From a virus (Duplodnaviria; Caudoviricetes), in IMG/VR virus record IMGVR_UViG_3300037261_000025, positions 1-50,988 of that record: 50,988 nt of DNA. One strand, 5' to 3'. Below, one piece after another: positions 25,256-35,258 of the stretch (positions are counted from its first letter, which is position 1; the number at the start of each line of letters is the position of its first letter). Made by a program: the position numbers and the translations under genes. The notes beneath the pieces were generated by a model. The model made no database searches. It saw only the letters and a program-made list of their open reading frames with translations, and was not told where the DNA came from.

Positions 25256-27391
25256 CTAGATGTAGAGATTCGGGTCTACGGCAGGGTTGTAATTCGGATC
25301 AGTGATCGGAGCCGTGTACGCACTCGGGTTATTTCCACCACCGGCCACAGCGTTCGTCACACCACTTGGAAGACCCAAGTTCGGGTCAGTCGCGGGAGTC
25401 GCCGACCCCATGGTGTTCGTGTTCACCCCAGGGATCGTAGGGATCGCCCCGTTCTTACTAGCCGCCGCCGTGCCGAGAGTACCCAGAATACCTTGAGCAT
25501 TCAGACTATTGCCCACGGCACCGGCACCAGCAGCAAGGATATTCGCAGCACCGGCCAACCCAGCAGCATTAGCATTGGCCGCACCAGTGATCCCGCCTGC
25601 CTGCGCGTTAGCTGACCCAGTGACGCCCGTAGCCAAATCCTTCGCACTGCCCATTGTGCCCGCCGCCGTGGCCTGAGCCGCGTTCGTGGTGCCCGTGGAC
25701 AAATCTGTGCCGATTGCGGCCTGCGCAGTGCCGATACTGACACCGGCTTGGGACAGTGCGCTTTGTAACTGGGCGGTTGACACCTGCCCAGTTTGCACCA
25801 TATTCTGCAAAGCACCGAGAGACAAATTGTTCTGTTGCAGCCATTGATTGAATGCCTGCTGTTCGTATTGTGCCGCGTTTGCTTGACCGAATTGCACCAG
25901 CCCCTCATTGGTGTTCGAGGTCAGCAGTCCACCCTTCGCGGCAGCGCTGTTTTGAATGGTGTTCATCCCTTGTTCTTGGGCGAACTGCATGGCTGGCGTG
26001 TTCTGAGCATCCGCCATCGTAAAGGGTTTATTGAATTGCCCGCCCGGTTGAAGCCCAGCGGATAGAGTCTTGAGCGCATCGGTGCCCGCAGTCATGTAAG
26101 GCTGTTGATTCGTGGTCTGGGTGGCGAGAGTGGACTTCGCAGTGTCGATCGCTGCATTTTGACCCGCAACCTGCTGTTGTGCCCCTTGCAGTGCTCCGGT
26201 AGACAAGGTACCAGCAGCACTCAGCGCAGCATCCGATTGCATCTTCGCGGCCTGGGTCGAGGCTGCGGACAATACCGCCGCCGCATCCGTGGCCCCTGTG
26301 GCCTGAAGTGCCCCCGCCTGAATCGCAGCAGCAGCCGCGCCCGCGATGCCTGCCGCGTTGATCAGGTTCGTGGCCCCGCCGCCCAAAGCTTGGAGCGCAC
26401 CGGTAGCAAGGGCACTTTCTGCGGCGGTCATAGCCTTTCCCGTAGCTGCCTTGGTGAGCGCAGCCTGTTGGGCCGGGGACAATAGCGATGTACTTGCGGC
26501 CACTGGGGACCCCGTGACACCAGTGGCCGCACCGGCGTCAGCAGCCGCTTGCTGCCCAGTGATGCCGAGTTGAGAACTCGCTGCCTGACTGTCCACCGCA
26601 GGATTAAACACGGACGGGGTCGCTCCTGCTGCCGAAGACGCTAAACCTTCGGCCATTGTCGGGGCGGACGTAACGCCAGTGGTGGCAATTGCGGCATCAG
26701 CAGCGGACTGACTGCCGGTGATTCCAAGAGCGGAGCTGGCGAGTTGAGAATCCACCGCAGGATTGAATACAGCAGGAGCCGCAGAAGCAGCAGCATCGGC
26801 ACCACCCACTGCAGCAGCCCCCTCTCCGCCCATCATCGCACCACCAATCGCACCGCCTGAAACAATGGCCGCGCCGATGGGGACTACAGTGTTTATCACC
26901 GGGGCAAGGACACTATTTTCAAAGTGATTGATGGCACCCCAGAACCCGCCTTCAGGGGCCTGCATTGTGATGAGTTGGCCATTAGAGCCATCGGCGTTCA
27001 ACACCTGGGAATCACCATTCGGGGCGGTGATGGAGAAAGATGCCGGTGCGGCCCCCGTCATCTGGCCAGTCGGACCGGCATTACCATTGCCTGAATCCTG
27101 ACCAGCTGTCGCAGGAGTGTAAGTAAACCCCGGTGTGTTCACCATTTTGGCAAGCCCCGGATTCGCCTGCTGCCAGTTTTGATATAACGTCGCTATCTGC
27201 GCCTTCGTGAGCGGATTGTCTGCGCCCTGACCCGGCACATACTCTGGGACTTGTTGGGCAGTGTACGCCGCTTGCACTTCTGGGGTGCTATTGAACCAAG
27301 CAGGTACGCCAGCGGGCGCGGCTACCTGTTGCGGTGCCGCCATCCCGGAAGCCATGGAAAGTGGGGTAGTCGCACTCTGAATAGTCGCCAT
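25256..27391 (-). CDS. DNA transfer/pilot protein (P22 gp7-like)
   Basis: Gly/Ala-rich; QPY...G..AL...F..EQG...IQNSAAAKGGL.S; internal duplication of VFNPAVDSQ.ASS.LGITG. Confidence 0.72.
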   Translation of the reverse strand: MATIQSATTPLSMASGMAAPQQVAAPAGVPAWFNSTPEVQAAYTAQQVPEYVPGQGADNPLTKAQIATLYQNWQQANPGLAKMVNTPGFTYTPATAGQDSGNGNAGPTGQMTGAAPASFSITAPNGDSQVLNADGSNGQLITMQAPEGGFWGAINHFENSVLAPVINTVVPIGAAIVSGGAIGGAMMGGEGAAAVGGADAAASAAPAVFNPAVDSQLASSALGITGSQSAADAAIATTGVTSAPTMAEGLASSAAGATPSVFNPAVDSQAASSQLGITGQQAAADAGAATGVTGSPVAASTSLLSPAQQAALTKAATGKAMTAAESALATGALQALGGGATNLINAAGIAGAAAAAIQAGALQATGATDAAAVLSAASTQAAKMQSDAALSAAGTLSTGALQGAQQQVAGQNAAIDTAKSTLATQTTNQQPYMTAGTDALKTLSAGLQPGGQFNKPFTMADAQNTPAMQFAQEQGMNTIQNSAAAKGGLLTSNTNEGLVQFGQANAAQYEQQAFNQWLQQNNLSLGALQNMVQTGQVSTAQLQSALSQAGVSIGTAQAAIGTDLSTGTTNAAQATAAGTMGSAKDLATGVTGSANAQAGGITGAANANAAGLAGAANILAAGAGAVGNSLNAQGILGTLGTAAASKNGAIPTIPGVNTNTMGSATPATDPNLGLPSGVTNAVAGGGNNPSAYTAPITDPNYNPAVDPNLYI

Positions 27392-27401
27392 TTTTTGTCT
27401 T

Positions 27402-27809
27402 TCAATAGAGCCTGTACCAAGTGGCGTTGACTGCTGAATAGGTGAACGCTATGCCGATCCCTGCGGCCAATCCAGCGGGGGCGTTCATCACGGTCACACC
27501 AGACGGAGGCGTCAAAGTCAGAGCGGTGATCGCCTGGGTCGATGATAACCGCCACTCCATGCCTTCATACGGGTTCGTCGGCAATAGAACTGCACCAGTA
27601 GCCAACCCAGCAGCAGGCGTCAGAATCAACTTGCTTGTGGCAGGGAGGGCTTGAATACTGAACCCGGTAACCGGGGCCACATACTGCGCGGCGTAGTGGT
27701 ACTGGACGCCAAACAGAATCTTTGCCGCATCAGCAAACCACAGCCGCCACACGGACGACAGATTGAAGTTTGCGGTGACCACCGGGGCGGTGAATGGTGT
27801 GCTTTTCAT
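27402..27809 (-). CDS. Hypothetical tail-module protein
   Basis: Position; ATGA overlap. Confidence 0.7.
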   Translation of the reverse strand: MKSTPFTAPVVTANFNLSSVWRLWFADAAKILFGVQYHYAAQYVAPVTGFSIQALPATSKLILTPAAGLATGAVLLPTNPYEGMEWRLSSTQAITALTLTPPSGVTVMNAPAGLAAGIGIAFTYSAVNATWYRLY

Positions 27810-29233
27810 TGTGGTATGTCCGCATTAGCCGATACGATGACAAACGGGATCGGGTCCGTCATCGTGAACCGCAGAACAAAGTCCGTCGTGCTACCGAGCC
27901 TGTCCCATTTCACGCGGGGGGTGCGATATTGTCCAACACGTCCCATTGTACGAAGACGAGGACTGCCGAACGTGTCCCCGCCATCCTTGGAAACTGTCAA
28001 TTCAATATGGTAATTCGATGCCTCTGGCACGACTCCAGAATCCATCTCCAGCTGCAATTCTGCGATACTGAATTCTAGACCACCGTTCCTCAAGTGCTTG
28101 CTTGTGGCTTGCCTGAATAGAGCCTGACCACCATCGGAATAGGCCAGCGCCGACAAGTAGGATAGCTTGGTCGTGGACTTGTCCCACACAAGGGTTTTGC
28201 TGTTGAATATCACAGCGCCATCCGCGAAATGCCGGGCCGGAGTGACGCCGGTTTGTACCGAACTCCAAATCCCAGTCGTGGCGTCAAGCAAGATTGACCG
28301 GTTCGCTGTCGGAAACGTCAACTGGTACATGCTGTGGCCATTGACTGTGTAGGACAATCCCACGGCATCGGCCAATGATTGGGTAGCGCTGAGCAATGTC
28401 AGGTAATCCTCAACGTCCGACGTACTTACGCGGTTCGGTGTCAGGCTGGATGTCAGTTCAAGAGAAAATACCCCGATCCCCCCGCCATCATCGACACCCA
28501 GAAACATCAATGACTTGTCCACAGGAGTCGGGCTGTACTTCGCGACAAGACCATAAGGCTGCGACGAGCCAGACACAAATTGAAACGGCATCGGGCTAAG
28601 CCCCGCGTCTTGCCAGAATTCAATATTCGACGTTCCGAAGGCGATCAGCAAGCTCCCGAATCCTGATATCGAATAAAGCAAATCCGAATGCTGTTCCTTT
28701 GTAAAGTACATCGACGCACCCAGAGCAGTCCATGTCATCCCGTCAAGAGCTGCACTCACATATGCGGCCCGAGACAAAGGGGATTCAACGATGAACCGGC
28801 CACTTAGTTCGAAAACAGTCGTTGCCCCGTTCGGAAAGTTCACATCACTGATCTGAGCCAACACGCCAGTGGCGATCGTGACGATATATCCCTTCGCACC
28901 GTCCACGATCATCAACTGCGCGTAATTGTCCTGCATCTGGACCCGGTTCACATTGGTGGTGAGAACCCCTAAAGCTGTTGTCACACCGGTCACAGTCACC
29001 GAGTAGACAGTCGCGCCCGCCACAACATAGAGCACCGCACCAACGACTCTGGCACCGCGAATAGGGGAGCCAGGAATATCGATCCAAGGGAAAGACCCTG
29101 GCGTACCTCGAACTGAAATCTTCGTGCCACCAGACTCTTTGCGTACGTCATAATAACAATTCACCAGCAATTCAGACGCCAGAGCGTTAGATGATGCGTG
29201 AAAACCTGTGCCAAAGAGGTCGATTGGTTTCAT
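27806..29233 (-). CDS. Packaged DNA stabilisation protein / tail hub (P22 gp10-like)
   Basis: N.Y...TPG, FG..NIEFW, GH..YQLTFP, S.DGG.TFG, G..GQY..RV.W.RLG. Confidence 0.82.
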   Translation of the reverse strand: MKPIDLFGTGFHASSNALASELLVNCYYDVRKESGGTKISVRGTPGSFPWIDIPGSPIRGARVVGAVLYVVAGATVYSVTVTGVTTALGVLTTNVNRVQMQDNYAQLMIVDGAKGYIVTIATGVLAQISDVNFPNGATTVFELSGRFIVESPLSRAAYVSAALDGMTWTALGASMYFTKEQHSDLLYSISGFGSLLIAFGTSNIEFWQDAGLSPMPFQFVSGSSQPYGLVAKYSPTPVDKSLMFLGVDDGGGIGVFSLELTSSLTPNRVSTSDVEDYLTLLSATQSLADAVGLSYTVNGHSMYQLTFPTANRSILLDATTGIWSSVQTGVTPARHFADGAVIFNSKTLVWDKSTTKLSYLSALAYSDGGQALFRQATSKHLRNGGLEFSIAELQLEMDSGVVPEASNYHIELTVSKDGGDTFGSPRLRTMGRVGQYRTPRVKWDRLGSTTDFVLRFTMTDPIPFVIVSANADIPQ

Positions 29234-30186
29234 GAATAGTCGCCAGACTGAAAATATCTCGTCTCTATTTCCGCGTCTTTTTTCTGTGCGATGGCCAAAG
29301 ACGCGGTGAAATTTTCAGACATCACCGGCGTCCATGTCGCATTGAACATGGGGCCGGATTCTTTCGTCAGAGCCCAGCATAACGGTCGATACCATTCCTG
29401 AGGGTAATACGGTAAATCCGTGCTGTTGACGAAGTCCTGTACGGGCTCCATGTATGTCAACACGATATGCTTTGTCATGTCAGCGCACCCGGCCACATCA
29501 ACATAAACGTAACTAGACCCAAGTTGGTTCTCATAATATACCGCACCAGGATCACTGACATTCGTCGGAGCCATCTTGCTGGGCAACCAATCATAATCCC
29601 GCGACTGCAAGATGCTTAGTGGATTGTCATTCAAATTGATATCACGTAATACGGCAGCCTCAATACTCAGTGGCTGTTGCGGTGTAGCCGTGTAGGAATA
29701 CACCACCTGATTCGCAGCGGACGAACTCGGCAAATTCGTGTTGAGGTACGCCACCCCTGCATTGATCAGGGATACCGTGGACCAGAACAGGTCGCCCGTG
29801 TCGAGTTCTACGCCGATATTGGCTCCGACCGTAACACCTGTGGTCGACGCAAGAACCAACGCACCTGCGCCCGCTGGAGCAGCAGCAGTTGTCGTTGTCT
29901 GGACGTAACTGGAAGCCCAACCAACGGCTGTCGGTCCCACCGCATACTGGCCGGTGAACGCCCGCAAGAACAGGTGCCCGCGCTTTCGAGTCCAAACCTT
30001 CAGTCCTGGTGCGAAATCTGTTTTTCCCATCCACTGCTTGCAGATGAGATTGAGTTTGCGCACCATGTCCACCATGATAACCGGGTCAATCGGGTCATAT
30101 CCGTCGATCTTCTTGTTGTTCAACAACGCCTCGCGGACAATATCGTCCCGAGTGACGAAGAACGAATATGAACCGCTAGTCGTCAT
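29230..30186 (-). CDS. Head-to-tail adaptor (P22 gp4-like)
   Basis: DIVREAL...LN...W; P.EW...L.W.L; immediately upstream of the gp10-like gene. Confidence 0.7.
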   Translation of the reverse strand: MTTSGSYSFFVTRDDIVREALLNNKKIDGYDPIDPVIMVDMVRKLNLICKQWMGKTDFAPGLKVWTRKRGHLFLRAFTGQYAVGPTAVGWASSYVQTTTTAAAPAGAGALVLASTTGVTVGANIGVELDTGDLFWSTVSLINAGVAYLNTNLPSSSAANQVVYSYTATPQQPLSIEAAVLRDINLNDNPLSILQSRDYDWLPSKMAPTNVSDPGAVYYENQLGSSYVYVDVAGCADMTKHIVLTYMEPVQDFVNSTDLPYYPQEWYRPLCWALTKESGPMFNATWTPVMSENFTASLAIAQKKDAEIETRYFQSGDYS

Positions 30187-30542
30187 ACCACAACACCATA
30201 GTTTTCCACGCCCAACTCGTGGGCCATCAGATGCTCAATCATCATGGCGAACCGATGCTCCTTGCGATATGGAGCATCTGGCAGGTCGCCGGGCTCGCCC
30301 TCACAATCCTCGGCGGCGAAGTCAAAATCATCGACCTGCTTCTGAGTAATCAAACGCTTGCGGCACAACAGCACCTCAACAAGTTCATGCAGCGCGATAA
30401 GGTTCTGGTGGTCATCTGTCGGCATCTCTGGGACATCGTTAGACACCTTGATGATCAGGTCCCCGGCAGCGTCAAAATACCAGTCCCCCAGTGTGTCGTA
30501 ACGCTGTTCACTGGACGGCACCTTGAGGATGTGAATGTTCAT
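30183..30542 (-). CDS. Hypothetical protein with HExxE motif
   Basis: QRYDT.GDW, LHELVE, PGD..DAPY..EH..A..IE; ATGA overlaps. Confidence 0.72.
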   Translation of the reverse strand: MNIHILKVPSSEQRYDTLGDWYFDAAGDLIIKVSNDVPEMPTDDHQNLIALHELVEVLLCRKRLITQKQVDDFDFAAEDCEGEPGDLPDAPYRKEHRFAMMIEHLMAHELGVENYGVVV

Positions 30543-32119
30543 GCTGCGTCCCGATCTGGAATGCCGAGTTTTGCATCGATAAACTGTTCCAAGTGCCAAT
30601 AAACCTCTTCTTTGGAGATATCTGATTGACACTGCGCCGTGCCTGTTTCTTTGTCTTGTGTGCAGTGTTCCCACCCGTAATGCATCATGTGGCAGGCCGG
30701 TGCTTCATCATCGCCACGGCCCTTGCACTTTGTGCCCTTGCTCTGTAGCGATACGGTGTTTGTCCAGTCGCGGGTAAGATTTTCTTCCGTACTGTGAGAC
30801 AAGAAAACCACCTTCGGCATGGCCTCTGTGGCAACGGCATTGAGCACGCCAGTCTCTGGGCCGATGACCAAATCGGCATCCATAGCGAAGCTCAACGTCT
30901 GACGAATCGACCACTTCCCGCAAGTTTTGACAACACGGGATTCCTTCTCCCAGCCCGCCTCAAGGATGTACGCCTCAGGCCCGCCACAAAGCACAACATC
31001 GACTTCCTTGTAGTTCAACATCAAAGCGGCAATGATCGCGTCAAGCCCAGCCCAGGTCTTGTGCACTGATGATCCGGCGAGACTCCAAAGAACCACAAAC
31101 TTTCCCATCCGTGCCCGAGTTTTCCGCGCCCATGCACGCTCGTCTAACGTGGTATGGAACTTGACGCGAAGCTCATACGGAACACCGGCCAGCTCGTGCT
31201 GGTGTTGCACGTAGTTGTGATTCATGTACTTGTGACGCAGCGCCGGGTGCCAAACTGCGTGGGCGGTGCGCTTGGGCATGGCCAAAAACGTGCCCTCGAC
31301 GGATTCGCTCAGGTTGATGAACTTGGTATATTTCTTGGCCTGCCATGCCCAAAAGTCACCGAGGTGGGCATTTGGCACCTGGTCCTTGTCCAGCAGCATG
31401 ATCTTGCTGATGTAGGGGTCTTCAGTGATGATGTCGGCACCTGGGTTGCTCGTCATTAGCGTGATGTGATACCCCTGCTTGCTGAGCGAGGTCCAAACAC
31501 TGGACGACTGAAGAAGGTCGCCATACGCCCCAAATCGGCACACAAGCGCAGTTTTTTCTGGCTTGGTCATCTGCCAAGATTGGTCTGTGGCTTTGCTCTG
31601 CAGCTTCTTGAAAATCAGCAACATGGAGTATTCCATGTCCTCGTTTCGTTCCTGACACTCGATCAAGTCCCATCCCTTGCGTTCCGACATCACATCAATG
31701 ATGTCCTTGGGCAGGAAGTCCTGTTTGTGGTCTGGATTCGCGCCTGGTTGGCCGACATTAGGATAGAAGTCTTTGTGCGGCAGATACAAAATCATGAACC
31801 CGCCAACCTTCACTAAACGCCACCATTCGTGCAGCGCAGCCTGCCAGTTGGTGATGTGCTCCAAAAGATGACTTGAGTACACGAAATCCATTGACTGGCT
31901 GGCGAAGATGTCCATCTTCTCGCAAGTCTCGACGCGAACATCTGGCTGAATGGTGTGCCCGAACTGCTCATGGTTCCCGTTGTCAACAGAGATCACATGG
32001 GGGAGTACTTTGAAAGTCCCCGCCCCAAGATCAACTCCCCTGCCTCGGAGATACGGGGCCACTTCCCAGCAAATTTTCTTGCTCTCAGCGACGTATGGAA
32101 GGTCAATGCTCCAAACCAT
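30539..32119 (-). CDS. SAM methyltransferase / GT9 (heptosyltransferase-like) glycosyltransferase fusion
   Basis: DLGAG, YSSHLLEH, W.R..K.GG; then RFGAYGD, HKTW, DLVIGPETG...A. Confidence 0.85.
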   Translation of the reverse strand: MVWSIDLPYVAESKKICWEVAPYLRGRGVDLGAGTFKVLPHVISVDNGNHEQFGHTIQPDVRVETCEKMDIFASQSMDFVYSSHLLEHITNWQAALHEWWRLVKVGGFMILYLPHKDFYPNVGQPGANPDHKQDFLPKDIIDVMSERKGWDLIECQERNEDMEYSMLLIFKKLQSKATDQSWQMTKPEKTALVCRFGAYGDLLQSSSVWTSLSKQGYHITLMTSNPGADIITEDPYISKIMLLDKDQVPNAHLGDFWAWQAKKYTKFINLSESVEGTFLAMPKRTAHAVWHPALRHKYMNHNYVQHQHELAGVPYELRVKFHTTLDERAWARKTRARMGKFVVLWSLAGSSVHKTWAGLDAIIAALMLNYKEVDVVLCGGPEAYILEAGWEKESRVVKTCGKWSIRQTLSFAMDADLVIGPETGVLNAVATEAMPKVVFLSHSTEENLTRDWTNTVSLQSKGTKCKGRGDDEAPACHMMHYGWEHCTQDKETGTAQCQSDISKEEVYWHLEQFIDAKLGIPDRDAA

Positions 32120-32131
32120 GGATGCTCCTTT

Positions 32132-32316
32132 TTAGAATCTGACAAACGCCTTTTTGCACGCCGGTGCGTACTAAAGTCGGCCGGAAAACAACTCGTCCAC
32201 TGCTGCATTGGCGCGGTCATGTAGCCGTAATCATCGAACCAAATTATCCCACCTGTCACCATCATCGTCGATAAATAATTTTCCGACTCTTTGATTGCCT
32301 TGTACTGATGAAAGGA
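32132..32316 (-). pseudogene. Remnant of a TylF/MycF-like O-methyltransferase (C-terminal part)
   Basis: No start; QYKAIKES..YLSTMMVTGGIIWFDDYG, then a frameshift to ANAAVDELFSGRL*YAPACKKAFVRF*. Confidence 0.65.
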
Positions 32317-32658
32317 TCAAGTTACGCTCCAGATTGATCCTCCCTTTGCCCTGCCATCGGACATTTTTACGCCCTGATCGGCAGCAGCGGTTTTGACCTT
32401 TGCCCAATCCAGTCCTCGAAATCCGCACTCTTTGTAGATGTTGGACTGAGCCACCTGGCCACCAGACAACATGGAGCGAACAAAATCGGATTCAGGAGTA
32501 CCAGAACTGTCGGCAGTTTCAGGGATCTCATCAGCGATAGCCGGAACCCCCGAAACAACAACAGAACCATCGCCAGCGAACAACACTCCATCTTGTTCAT
32601 AAGCAGCTGTAGGGTGGCCCCAGATCGCGCCGTGGGGCTTTTTTGGATCGAATTTCAT
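32317..32658 (-). CDS. Hypothetical protein
   Basis: MKFDPKKPHG.IWG...YEQDG.LF..DG. Confidence 0.7.
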   Translation of the reverse strand: MKFDPKKPHGAIWGHPTAAYEQDGVLFAGDGSVVVSGVPAIADEIPETADSSGTPESDFVRSMLSGGQVAQSNIYKECGFRGLDWAKVKTAAADQGVKMSDGRAKGGSIWSVT

Positions 32659-32689
32659 GATAATATATTCATGGTTGAGATGGCGCATA

Positions 32690-33784
32690 TTACTCTTCTG
32701 TACCGAAAACATATCCGCTGAGAGTCTGTGTCGCTGTGCCCGTGGCAGTCAGTACATTATTCGCCGCAGCACTCAATATTCCGTTGCCCATCGGAGGGCT
32801 GATGATCGTACCAGCAGCAGTTCCGAATGGGATGACCAATATCGTCGTACCCGCCGTATTGTCCTTGATGGTGATGTTTCCGGCAACTGTACCTGCCGTC
32901 AACACGAACCCCATTAGGCGAAATCTCCGACCAGATGCGGGAGTCCAGATGGTCGCCTCGGCTGCGACTGAAACAGCAGTTAGATTGATGAATACCCCCG
33001 GTTGTCGCTGACGTAACAAAACCTGACCGTTATATAACATCGGGTAAGTAGACCCGCTATCGATGATCGTGGCCCCAAAGAATCGAATGGTCGGCGCAAC
33101 TAACGGCGGCGACGTATGATTGATCGCATGCATCCTGACCGGAAGATTGATGGTCGCCGGGCCGACGATCTGAACACTGGCAACAGGCTCTTCTATGTCA
33201 TTGATAAAGAAGTATGTGACATCCGCCCGCACACGGCAATAGATCAAATGCGGGGCACCGTCGATAACATAACTAGTCAAGTCCTTTATCACTGTTCGGA
33301 CATTAGTATTGTAGTAGACCGCACTGAACGTACCATCAATGGCACGTTCAAACCCTATCGCATTGGCAAGTGGCGTAGACGCAGTGAATGACGCATTAGG
33401 AGTACCTTGGCCAAAGAAGGCATTCACATTCAGAGGCAATAGGACCCCATTGCCCGCCTCAAACTGAACGATGGTGGCAGCATTCAAGGCGGAAGACCCA
33501 ACGGAGTAGAAATTTTCAATGGATGCCAAAGCAGCGGCGTTACTTGCAGTGGTCCCGACAGTAAGAACCAGCAATCCCCCGCCCTGCGTCGCCACGCCAG
33601 TGCCGCCCAACGTTGACACCCATCGATATACGGTGTCAATGGTTGTCCCGTCGAACTGATCACTCAACAAACTCGACCCCTCAGAGGTCACGGTCAAATG
33701 ACCACCAGGATCCACAAACGCCCGCTGTAACTGATTCCTACTTTGGATAGATGTTATTTGCGTGGTGGCTGAAAGCGGTAACAT
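32690..33784 (-). CDS. Putative structural protein (beta-rich)
   Basis: Long ORF in the head module; Thr/Ala/Gly-rich. Confidence 0.7.
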   Translation of the reverse strand: MLPLSATTQITSIQSRNQLQRAFVDPGGHLTVTSEGSSLLSDQFDGTTIDTVYRWVSTLGGTGVATQGGGLLVLTVGTTASNAAALASIENFYSVGSSALNAATIVQFEAGNGVLLPLNVNAFFGQGTPNASFTASTPLANAIGFERAIDGTFSAVYYNTNVRTVIKDLTSYVIDGAPHLIYCRVRADVTYFFINDIEEPVASVQIVGPATINLPVRMHAINHTSPPLVAPTIRFFGATIIDSGSTYPMLYNGQVLLRQRQPGVFINLTAVSVAAEATIWTPASGRRFRLMGFVLTAGTVAGNITIKDNTAGTTILVIPFGTAAGTIISPPMGNGILSAAANNVLTATGTATQTLSGYVFGTEE

Positions 33785-33786
33785 GG

Positions 33787-34164
33787 TCAAATTCGATCAA
33801 GGTAATTGTTACGCTCCACAAATCCTACGTTCCCCAATTCATCCTTAGCTTCGCCGTAGAACAAATCGATGTGTTCGCCACCATATTGGTCGTCAGTGGC
33901 TTTCATGTCAAGTCGGTTGAACCCCTGGACGAAAGCCTTGGGCTTCAGGCCATCGGACACGTCGGTATTTCCGCCAAACCCGTTGGCAAATTCGTACTTG
34001 CCGTGAATCTGGGTCTTCGGCATGCGGTTGAACTTGGCCGTGGCTTCGGACGTCATGCACCCATCAGTGCATCGGGCGCTGTCTTGCGTGGCCCAGTTGT
34101 TTGCCGGTTCGTGCCCCTCATTTTTCGGAGGAACCGTGATTTGGAATTTCTCTGCGAGGCTCAT
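33787..34164 (-). CDS. Hypothetical protein
   Basis: AAGGAG RBS. Confidence 0.75.
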   Translation of the reverse strand: MSLAEKFQITVPPKNEGHEPANNWATQDSARCTDGCMTSEATAKFNRMPKTQIHGKYEFANGFGGNTDVSDGLKPKAFVQGFNRLDMKATDDQYGGEHIDLFYGEAKDELGNVGFVERNNYLDRI

Positions 34165-34175
34165 GATTGCTCCTT

Positions 34176-34201
34176 AAAAAATCTGGGGCCGAAGCCCCAG
34201 A
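34176..34201 (-). terminator. Rho-independent terminator
   Basis: tctggggc-TTCG-gccccaga followed by TTTTTT on the minus strand. Confidence 0.85.
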
Positions 34202-34204
34202 CTC

Positions 34205-34588
34205 TCAGTTTGCCGAACCTTTGGGCTTGTAGTCCTCGCGCAAATCGCGGGGCTCCGGGCTCCAACCGTCAGACGGGAAGCTGACGCCGCCCGAATAGGT
34301 TTCCAGTTTCATGTCGCGAATGTCGCGCATTGGCTGGTCGTTGATATCCATGCCGGGCGGCATGATGTTGAGCTTCGCGGCTTCACCGAAGGCGGTTCCC
34401 TTCTTGACGATGTAGTCATCGGTGCTGGCCTGAAAACCAGACTTTTCACCAATATCGTCGTGAGTACCACCAAGATTCATGACTCCGGAATCAACGCCCT
34501 CGAAGGGCTTCCCGAACTTCTGGTCCTTGCCGATTTGCCCCATGTATTTCTGGCCCTTGCCAGCGGGGAGATTGGGTTTCACTGCCAT
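34205..34588 (-). CDS. Hypothetical protein
   Basis: AAGGAG RBS. Confidence 0.75.
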   Translation of the reverse strand: MAVKPNLPAGKGQKYMGQIGKDQKFGKPFEGVDSGVMNLGGTHDDIGEKSGFQASTDDYIVKKGTAFGEAAKLNIMPPGMDINDQPMRDIRDMKLETYSGGVSFPSDGWSPEPRDLREDYKPKGSAN

Positions 34589-34599
34589 GATGGTTCTCC

Positions 34600-35157
34600 T
34601 TATGCAGTTACGTTGGCGAGCGGCAACACATTGTATTCCAGCGCGATGGCCAGGACGCTGGAAGCATCCGTACCACGTTGGACGTACAACTGATCGCCCT
34701 GATTGACGGTGAAACCACCAGTGTACGGGTAAGTACCCGCGCCTGCCTGGGCTTGACCAGTGGTGGCCGTACCATTGAGCGCAACACTGTTCGTGAACCC
34801 AGCCAGCCCGGTTTGCGTGCCGGTCGCCGTACCGTTGTACAACGACGCCACGAATGGACCGTAAGTACTGGTCGTGAGTGAGGGGGACGCGCCCGCAGCG
34901 GCGTTGTTCATCACGCGGATCACCGAATACGTGTCAGCGGACACGGCAGTCACCGTGGACGTGCCGTTGTACAAGGTAGCGGTGCTGGTGGAAGCGGCCA
35001 CAGTGACTTGCGACACCGTAACAGCAAACACTTGTAGTGCCGTAAACGCGATGAACTTGCTCGTCGCAGCAGAAGCACCGGCAGCGAGGGCCGGGAATAC
35101 ATGGGCCACGCGGGCCAAATACGAGGGGTGGTCATACCCCATGCTTTTCGTTGTCAT
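34600..35157 (-). CDS. Putative capsid decoration protein
   Basis: Directly downstream of the major capsid gene; Thr/Ala-rich; GGAG RBS. Confidence 0.65.
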   Translation of the reverse strand: MTTKSMGYDHPSYLARVAHVFPALAAGASAATSKFIAFTALQVFAVTVSQVTVAASTSTATLYNGTSTVTAVSADTYSVIRVMNNAAAGASPSLTTSTYGPFVASLYNGTATGTQTGLAGFTNSVALNGTATTGQAQAGAGTYPYTGGFTVNQGDQLYVQRGTDASSVLAIALEYNVLPLANVTA

Positions 35158-35210
35158 TTCAAATACTCCAATTATATGCGGACCTCTCCCACATTATTTA
35201 CGGTTTGAAT

Positions 35211-35236
35211 GGCCGGTGGGAGTAGGTCCACCGGCC
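35211..35236 (-). other. GC-rich hairpin after the major capsid gene
   Basis: ggccggtgg/ccaccggcc; the loop can pair with 35181-35191. Confidence 0.55.
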
Positions 35237-35258
35237 CCGCGCTTTGGAAATTATCAGG

